A stretch of DNA of 12,704 nucleotides, taken from the NCBI GenBank assembly GCA_036170655.1, contig JAVHPP010000086.1, forward strand, positions 1 through 12,704, given 5' to 3'. A model generated the notes under the pieces. That model did no database searches and had not been told where the DNA came from. It was given only the letters and a program-made list of their open reading frames with translations. Numbering within the stretch: position 1 is the stretch's first letter; each line of letters starts with the position of its first letter. A program made the position numbers and the translations under genes. Below, one piece after another: positions 6,790 through 12,704 of this stretch. The stretch comes from Candidatus Zixiibacteriota bacterium. Lineage in GTDB: Bacteria; Zixibacteria; MSB-5A5; WJJR01.

Positions 6790-9027
6790 ATGCTCAGCGG
6801 TGGTGCACTTTCGATAATCTTCCGCGCTTGGACGCGGAAAGCAGTGGGCCTCGCGGCCGTGTTGGGAATATCGATACTCTATGCAGAGAACACACCGGCG
6901 GCATGGCTCGGTGTCGGGCCACAGACGAAAGTTGTCGAGGATATCGCGGTCGCGCCGAATAATCCGCTGGTCCGCTTTGGCGGCGCGTTTGGCTCAGGAG
7001 TGTTCAAGAGCGTTGACGGCGGCACCACATGGAAGGCCTACACAACCGGGATGGCCAATACATACGTGAGGTCGCTTCTTGCCCTCAGTTCGACAGTGGT
7101 TTACGCTGGAACCAACGATGGTATCTTTCGCTCCGTGGACGGCGGGCTCACGTGGCGCCTCGTGCTGGCGAGCGCCTTTTCGGTTCGCTCCCTGGCTCGT
7201 GACCCTCTCACCGGCCGTTTCTACGCGGGCACGTTCGGCGATGACCTGTATCGTTCCCCCACGGGAGACACGGCATCCTGGACGAAGCTTGTCGTCATGG
7301 ACATCATCACTGGGACATCGCTGCACCACCTGCACAGCGTCGCCATCTTCGGCCGTGATTCGCTCTACGTGGGCGGCTCCATCGGTGATGTCACCAGCGG
7401 CGGGGCCTTGTTCGCCAGCTACGATGGTGGAACCACATTTGTGCAACTTCAGCGCGGCATCGGCATCCGCAGTTCGGTTGAAGACATCGCGATCAGTCCG
7501 ACCGCCCCGGATTCCAGCCTGATCATCGCGACTGCTGCCAAGGGAGTGTACAAGACCACCGACGGCGGCGTCAGCTGGCTGGCGATCAACGGGCCGACGA
7601 CGACCCATCCCCTTCCCGATCTCAACGCACAATGCGTCGAGTTCACACCGGCATACCGCATGGTGGGAACTGACTCGCTTGGCGGTTTCTATCGCCGCGC
7701 TCTCGGTGACACGACACAGGGATGGTTCCCCGCGACGGGAGTCCCAGGGATGCCTTGGTATCCGACGGTCGCGTGGTCGGACGCCCCCGGGATCGAGATC
7801 ATGGTTGGAACACACGGCATGGGTGTCTATCAATCCATCGACTCCGGAAAAACTTTTGTGCCCCGCAACACCGGCATGCTCGGCACGGCAGTCCGGGATA
7901 TCGTCTTTGGCAATGCCGGGCGCATGATCGTTGCCACCGGATTTGGGGACAAAATCTGGTACACGGACAACGGCGGCACGACTTGGACCCAGGCAATGGT
8001 GCCCTCCAGCAACTCCGTTGATGATATCTCCAAGACATCCGTGGCCGGAATGCTCTACGCGGGTTGCTACGCAAGCGGCGTGCTCAAATCCACCGACAAC
8101 GGCCAGACGTGGGTCCTGACCGACACAACGACGATCAACAAGTTCGTGCGGGATGTTGCTGTTCCGCCGGGTTCTTCGACCACGATCTATGCGGGTACCG
8201 GCAACGGCATCTACAAGACCATCAATTCCGGCCTGAGTTGGACGAACCTGAATGGCGCGTTCATCCCCTTTTCCACTTCAATTCGTTCACTGGCGATTTC
8301 GCCGGCGTCTCCGAATTTGATCCTGGCCGGAACAGACATCGACTTTGTGTATCGCTCAGCCGATGGCGGCGGGACATGGTCTCATGTTGCAACCGCCGGC
8401 GGTTTCAATGTGAAAGATGCGTTCATCCGCTGCATCGAATTTGACCCAACGACGCCGGGGCGGGTCTACGCCGGTTCTGACACCGGCCACGTTTATATGT
8501 CAACGAACGACGGCGCCAATTGGAGCTTCCTATTCGGATTGCCGACCGTGAATTCGGTACGCGCCATTCGGGTCGATCCAGCCAACGCCAGCCGCCTGTT
8601 CGCCGCCACCTTCGGCGGGGGAGTCTTCGTCTCCGAGAACGGCGGCACGAGCTGGACCAACATCTCGTCCAACCTGCCGGATTTGGAACTGTATTCGCTG
8701 GAACTCGACCCCGCCGGGCCAAGCGCCAATGTCTATCTGGGCACGGGACAGACGGGACTGTTCAAGGCGCCTTACAACTATAATCCCAATTGCAGTTGCC
8801 CGTATGCGGGCGATGGTGATGCCAGTGGTAGCATCGACGTTCTGGACGTGGTCATGGCAGTGGAAGTGGCCTTCAACGGGGGCCCGAGCCCGCAAGATCC
8901 CACTTGCTTGCGTGAGCGGTTGGACTTTGATTGCGGTGGCTCGGTCGACGTGCTGGACGTCGTCGCCCTTGTCGATTTTGCCTTCAATGGCGGAGCGGGG
9001 CCGTGCAATCAGTGCGCACCTTTTTGA
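6790..9027 (+). CDS. Secreted BNR/Asp-box repeat beta-propeller protein (VPS10/YCF48-like fold) with C-terminal dockerin-like domain
   Basis: RBS AAAGGA; Sec-like signal peptide (RK, hydrophobic core, TPA|AW); 11 clear S/TxDxGxT/SW-type boxes plus 2 degenerate ones; C-terminal duplicated DxDxxGSxDVLDVV...AFNGG repeat. Confidence 0.88.
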   Translation: MLSGGALSIIFRAWTRKAVGLAAVLGISILYAENTPAAWLGVGPQTKVVEDIAVAPNNPLVRFGGAFGSGVFKSVDGGTTWKAYTTGMANTYVRSLLALSSTVVYAGTNDGIFRSVDGGLTWRLVLASAFSVRSLARDPLTGRFYAGTFGDDLYRSPTGDTASWTKLVVMDIITGTSLHHLHSVAIFGRDSLYVGGSIGDVTSGGALFASYDGGTTFVQLQRGIGIRSSVEDIAISPTAPDSSLIIATAAKGVYKTTDGGVSWLAINGPTTTHPLPDLNAQCVEFTPAYRMVGTDSLGGFYRRALGDTTQGWFPATGVPGMPWYPTVAWSDAPGIEIMVGTHGMGVYQSIDSGKTFVPRNTGMLGTAVRDIVFGNAGRMIVATGFGDKIWYTDNGGTTWTQAMVPSSNSVDDISKTSVAGMLYAGCYASGVLKSTDNGQTWVLTDTTTINKFVRDVAVPPGSSTTIYAGTGNGIYKTINSGLSWTNLNGAFIPFSTSIRSLAISPASPNLILAGTDIDFVYRSADGGGTWSHVATAGGFNVKDAFIRCIEFDPTTPGRVYAGSDTGHVYMSTNDGANWSFLFGLPTVNSVRAIRVDPANASRLFAATFGGGVFVSENGGTSWTNISSNLPDLELYSLELDPAGPSANVYLGTGQTGLFKAPYNYNPNCSCPYAGDGDASGSIDVLDVVMAVEVAFNGGPSPQDPTCLRERLDFDCGGSVDVLDVVALVDFAFNGGAGPCNQCAPF
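8791..9024 (+). repeat. Duplicated Ca-binding-loop/helix (dockerin-like) module with 6 Cys
   Basis: GDGDASGSIDVLDVVMAVEVAFNGGPSP versus LDFDCGGSVDVLDVVALVDFAFNGGAGP; the duplication is also visible in the DNA (TCGACGTnCTGGACGT...GCCTTCAAyGG). Confidence 0.8.
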
Positions 9028-9085
9028 CCACTGATTAAATCACCAATGAACATCCGGAGCTGACATTTTCCTGGAACGGTGAGCA

Positions 9086-10276
9086 ATGTGGGTCATCGGC
9101 GCTGAGATCGTGGGACTGTCCGCATACTTTATCCATGAAGCACGGCGCCATCGGCGCAATCTCTTCAGTATTCCCATTCGCGTGCACGTCAACGGGACAC
9201 GGGGCAAGTCATCCGTGACGCGGCTGATTGGCGCCGGACTGCGTGCGGGCGGGTACCGCACCGTCGCCAAAACCACAGGCACCAAACCCCGGTTCATCTT
9301 TCCCGATGGCACCGAAGAGCAGATCGTACGGGCCGGTAAGCCGGGTATCATTGAGCAGGTCAAGGTGATCCGGCGCGCCCGCGCCCTCGGCGTCAATGCG
9401 CTTGTCATCGAGTGCATGGCGGTCAAACCAGAGTCACAGAAAATCGCCGAGGAAAAGCTCGTCCGCTCGACCATCGGTGTCATTACCAATATCCGCGCTG
9501 ACCACTTGGATGAGATGGGCCCAACCGTGGCGGATGTCGCCGAGGCGTTGGCCAACACCGTTCCCTTCGGCGGCGTCCTTTTCACGGCGGAACGTGAGCA
9601 CTTGGATGCGCTCTGCCACCGGGCGCAGAAGCGGAAGACATCCGTCGTCGTGTCTCGTCACGAGATCATCACCGACGAAATGATGACAGACTTCACGTAC
9701 TTTGAGCACCGCGAAAATGTGGCGCTCGCCCTCTCGGTGACCAGTTGGTTCGGTATTGATCCGGCCGTCGCACTCAAGGGAATGCATGAGGCCACTCCCG
9801 ACCCTGGTGCGCTGCGTGTCCATCGTATGGAGGTTTTTGGCACGCCGATCACGTTTGTGAATGCCTTTGCTGCCAACGATCCCGACAGTTACAAGATCAT
9901 CTGGGAACGACTGGCGCCCTGGCGACAGGACGGGGCGAAACTGGTGGCCCTCGTCACCTGCCGCAAGGATCGCATTTCCCGCGCCGAACAACTGGCCCAT
10001 CTAATCGTCAATGGCGTCGCGGCCGACCAGTACTTCATCTGCGGCGAATCGACACACCCGGTTTGTCAGGCGGCGCTCGGTATGGGCATGGAATCGTCAA
10101 GAGTACATGACTTCGGCGGACGTGACGCGCCCGCCATATTTGAAGAGATATTGGGCGTAGCTGGCAAGCATCCCGTGACAGTCGTCGGGCTCGGCAATAT
10201 CGTGGGCCTTGGCGAACAATTGGCCGAGTACTTTCAGCACAGGGGGGAGGAAGTTGTATACCGAGGCGTTGCGTGA
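9086..10276 (+). CDS. pgsB: Poly-gamma-glutamate synthase PgsB/CapB (Mur/FolC-type ATP-dependent amide ligase)
   Basis: N-terminal membrane anchor, IPIRVHVNGTRGKSSVTRLI P-loop, AKTTGT, VIECMAV, ITNIRADHLDEMGPT, PDPGAL, FVNAFAANDPDS. Confidence 0.96.
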   Translation: MWVIGAEIVGLSAYFIHEARRHRRNLFSIPIRVHVNGTRGKSSVTRLIGAGLRAGGYRTVAKTTGTKPRFIFPDGTEEQIVRAGKPGIIEQVKVIRRARALGVNALVIECMAVKPESQKIAEEKLVRSTIGVITNIRADHLDEMGPTVADVAEALANTVPFGGVLFTAEREHLDALCHRAQKRKTSVVVSRHEIITDEMMTDFTYFEHRENVALALSVTSWFGIDPAVALKGMHEATPDPGALRVHRMEVFGTPITFVNAFAANDPDSYKIIWERLAPWRQDGAKLVALVTCRKDRISRAEQLAHLIVNGVAADQYFICGESTHPVCQAALGMGMESSRVHDFGGRDAPAIFEEILGVAGKHPVTVVGLGNIVGLGEQLAEYFQHRGEEVVYRGVA

Positions 10277-10745
10277 TCTGATCATCCACTCCGTCGGTCT
10301 GGGGCTGGTGATTAGTCTGGCATTTTCGGAAACACTGGGTCTGGCGGCGGGCGGCATGGTCGTGCCGGGTTACGTGGCCCTGTCGATCCATGAACCTGCG
10401 CGCGTCCTCGGCACCGTCCTGGTGGCCCTGGCGACGCTTGGGTTCATCAAACTCCTGTCGACTTACGTCTTCATCTTCGGCCGACGCCGGATTGTGCTGA
10501 CCATCCTTGTGGGGTTTCTGCTCGGCTGGCTCTCGCGCGACTGGATGGTCTTCCGCTTTGAGAACTCGACGCTCGAATTCCAGACCATCGGGCTGATCAT
10601 CCCCGGGCTGATCGCCAATTGGATGGAACGTCAGGGCATCATCGCCACGATTTCGATGATGGTCATCGGCGCGATCCTCATCCGGCTCCTGCTGATGATC
10701 CTGACCGGAGGGGACATCGCCTTGGGACAGGACGTGCTGATATGA
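10254..10745 (+). CDS. pgsC: Poly-gamma-glutamate biosynthesis membrane protein PgsC/CapC
   Basis: Highly hydrophobic; GLVISLAFSETLGLAAGGMVVPGYVAL, IFGRRR, IGLIIPGLIANWMERQG. Probable TTG start at 10254 after GGGGGGAGG, overlapping the pgsB end; exact start uncertain (TTG 10269 is an alternative). Confidence 0.94.
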   Translation: MYTEALRDLIIHSVGLGLVISLAFSETLGLAAGGMVVPGYVALSIHEPARVLGTVLVALATLGFIKLLSTYVFIFGRRRIVLTILVGFLLGWLSRDWMVFRFENSTLEFQTIGLIIPGLIANWMERQGIIATISMMVIGAILIRLLLMILTGGDIALGQDVLI

Positions 10746-11866
10746 AGTGGCGCCAGGGGTCTCTCGGCAAACCCTCGCTCGTGGGTTTGGCATTGTTTGC
10801 GGTTCTGATTTTTTACGGGGCGGAGCACACGGCGCGGCCGATTCAGCAACCGCGATACAAGACCAAGTTGCATGCCGCTGAACTCGATCAGCAGGCGCAG
10901 CGTCAGATCCAAGCTCACCTGCGCGAAGCGGGCATCAAGATCGATTCCCGCAATGACCCATGGGCATCGGGCCTGATCGGCGAGGAACGCACGCCCATCA
11001 CCTCCGACCGTGGGGTGGCAACCGCCAAGACACTGGCAACGAATCCAAACTTCGCAGCCGCTTTCGTGGAATTGCTTAACCGGTCCGGTGTCAAAAAAGG
11101 CGATGTGGTCGCGGTCGGCATGACGGGATCTCTCCCGGGCTGGAACGTGGCCTTTTACGCCGCCTGTACCGCCATGGACCTCAAACCGGTCACGATCGTC
11201 TCGGTTGGGGCCTCGGACTGGGGCGCCAACCGTCCGGACCTTACCTGGCTTGATATGGAAGATATCATTGCCAAGAGCGGCATCTGGGACTTCCGCTCTG
11301 TTGCGGCGTCTCTCGGCGGCGGCGGGGACAATGGACGCGGCATCTCTCCCGCCGGGCGCGACATGATCCGCCAAGCCATCGCGCGCAACAATGTGACCCT
11401 GATGGAAGATAAATCTCTCGAAACCATCATCGAACGGCGCATGCAAGTGTATGACTCCGTGGCCAAGACGCTGGGACCAATCGCCTGCTATGTTAACATT
11501 GGCGGCGGTCTGGCCAATATGGGCGGAGCGCTTAATGCGAAATTGTTGCCGCCCGGTGTCTCCCGTCATCTCGTCAAGCGCAACTACCCCGTTCGGGCCG
11601 TGATCAATCGCATGGCGGAGCGCCGCATCCCGGTCATCAATCTCTCCAACGTGGTCAAGATCGCGGAGATGTTCGATCTGCCAACAACCATTGTACCCGA
11701 GACGCCTCCTATTGGCGAAGGATCGCTCTACTTTCGGGACCAGTACAACACATCGACGACGATCATCCTCACGGTGATTCTGACGATCGTCGTCTTTGCC
11801 GTCATCCGGATCGATCTGCGGTCGGTGTTCTTCCGCCGTCCGGAAGAGCCGCCCGCCGTTGTATAG
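10742..11866 (+). CDS. pgsW: Poly-gamma-glutamate system protein PgsW (membrane-anchored at both ends, function unknown)
   Basis: ATGA overlap with the pgsC stop. Motifs NDPWASGLIGEERTPITSDRG, ATNPNFAA, GDVVAVGMTGSLPG, SVGASDWGANRPDLTWLDME and YVNIGGG match my recollection of the PgsW family. N- and C-terminal TM helices; position directly after pgsBC. Confidence 0.88.
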   Translation: MKWRQGSLGKPSLVGLALFAVLIFYGAEHTARPIQQPRYKTKLHAAELDQQAQRQIQAHLREAGIKIDSRNDPWASGLIGEERTPITSDRGVATAKTLATNPNFAAAFVELLNRSGVKKGDVVAVGMTGSLPGWNVAFYAACTAMDLKPVTIVSVGASDWGANRPDLTWLDMEDIIAKSGIWDFRSVAASLGGGGDNGRGISPAGRDMIRQAIARNNVTLMEDKSLETIIERRMQVYDSVAKTLGPIACYVNIGGGLANMGGALNAKLLPPGVSRHLVKRNYPVRAVINRMAERRIPVINLSNVVKIAEMFDLPTTIVPETPPIGEGSLYFRDQYNTSTTIILTVILTIVVFAVIRIDLRSVFFRRPEEPPAVV

Positions 11867-11876
11867 GAGGAAATGA

Positions 11877-12704
11877 ATGCGACTGCGGATGTTCGTGTTT
11901 ACTGCAACTCTGGTCGCCGCCAACAGTGCATTGCCGGCGTTCGCCGATGAGTTGCTCGCGCCGCTGAGCGGATCGGTCATGACGCTCTCGCTGGCTGACC
12001 GGCAAAACGCCTACTATCGTCTGACCAAGGATTCTTCTCTCACGGTCACCGCCGCTGGTCCGGGCTGGCTCTCGGCGGTCGTCCGCCTCGCGCTTCCCGT
12101 CGGGTACAAAGACAGCGCCAGCTACCGGATTCTCGTCATGGACGGCAGCGACACTGTGAAGGACTTCAGGGGAGCGTCGGTTGCGGACAACATCGAGTGG
12201 ATTGGCCTTAAAGAACACCCCTCCGAGCTGCACAAATTCTCCTTCCCAGTATCTGAGAAGCAAAAGACCTTCCAATATCGCCTGCTCAGTTCTGATGTTC
12301 CCGTCGCCGGCGTCCGATTTCTGCTTCGCCGTCCATCCCCTCACGCCAGGGAGTCGCCGTTGTACCCGCTGGCCATGGACCGGATGCTGGTTTTGATCTA
12401 CAAGGACCGGAGGCTCGACTTCCACCTGGCAACCACTGCCAAACCCGTGAAGGTCCGCGTGATCGGCCCGACTCGGCTGCGGGCGGTCACACGTCTGGTG
12501 TTCGGCCCGACAATGAAGGGCGAGCAGAAATACGCCTTGGATGTGCAAGTGGACAAGGATCACATCAGGCAGAATAAACTATCCACAACGAAGGCCGTGA
12601 ACGACGTCTGGGACGAAGAATCACAGTGGGTGCCGGGCAAGAGCCAGACCGTGTACGTGGAAATCCCCAAGGGTGAACATAATGTGACGTTTACCCCCAG
12701 CGCC
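11877..12704 (+). CDS. Secreted hypothetical protein with two tandem beta-rich domains (3' truncated by the window; absent from the ORF track)
   Basis: AGGAGG (11865-11870) overlaps the pgsW stop and lies 6 nt before ATG 11877. The frame is open for 276 codons to the window end. Signal peptide MRLRMFVFTATLVAANSALPAFA|DE; internal duplication. Confidence 0.85.
   Translation, partial: MRLRMFVFTATLVAANSALPAFADELLAPLSGSVMTLSLADRQNAYYRLTKDSSLTVTAAGPGWLSAVVRLALPVGYKDSASYRILVMDGSDTVKDFRGASVADNIEWIGLKEHPSELHKFSFPVSEKQKTFQYRLLSSDVPVAGVRFLLRRPSPHARESPLYPLAMDRMLVLIYKDRRLDFHLATTAKPVKVRVIGPTRLRAVTRLVFGPTMKGEQKYALDVQVDKDHIRQNKLSTTKAVNDVWDEESQWVPGKSQTVYVEIPKGEHNVTFTPSA

Noticed and set aside
873..10793. 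Numerous alternate-frame and antisense ORFs inside the main genes (e.g. 1820-2626, 3296-3961, 6994-7833, 10035-10793)
   Set aside because: Expected by-products of high GC3 coding sequence; each overlaps a confidently identified gene.
11301..11342. SLGGGGDNGRG in PgsW resembling the tubulin/FtsZ GGGTGSG loop
   Set aside because: Lacks the TG(S/T)G core, the domain is predicted extracytoplasmic, and the similarity is probably generic glycine richness.
11873..11950. 25-codon ORF from ATG 11873
   Set aside because: Only 2 nt from AGGAGG; ATG 11877 has proper spacing and a long open frame.
10631..11980. 449-aa minus-strand ORF
   Set aside because: Antisense shadow of pgsC/pgsW in GC-rich DNA, with no motifs.
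11802..12563. 253-aa minus-strand ORF (and the 12181-12396 plus-strand ORF)
   Set aside because: Both overlap the plus-strand frame from 11877, which has a perfect RBS, a signal peptide and an internal repeat.
662..12704. Functional link between the glycogen genes and the PGA genes
   Set aside because: Separated by a CDF gene, a hairpin and an independent promoter; adjacency alone is not evidence.
1..12704. CRISPR array, tRNA/rRNA, transposase, integrase or defence genes
   Set aside because: No regularly spaced direct repeats, cloverleaf or relevant protein motifs seen by eye.

Overview
GC-rich bacterial window with two co-oriented (+ strand) blocks. Block 1 (662-6251) encodes a short-form GH13 glycogen branching enzyme (glgB), a GH57/DUF3536-type glycoside hydrolase and a CDF metal efflux transporter. 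A ~540-bp intergenic gap follows, containing a near-consensus sigma70 promoter and a ~350-nt hairpin-rich leader. Block 2 (6790 to the window end) is a probable operon: a secreted Asp-box double beta-propeller with a Cys-rich C-terminal dockerin-like domain, the poly-gamma-glutamate genes pgsB/capB, pgsC/capC and pgsW, and a truncated secreted protein missing from the ORF track that is built from two tandem copies of an unrecognised beta-rich domain. No capA, capD or capE is seen in the window. The dockerin-like tail resembles, from memory, those common in candidate phylum Zixibacteria (inference). The best candidate for an undescribed system is this non-canonical poly-gamma-glutamate operon with its two uncharacterised secreted partners. 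All family calls come from motif recognition by eye; no searches were run.
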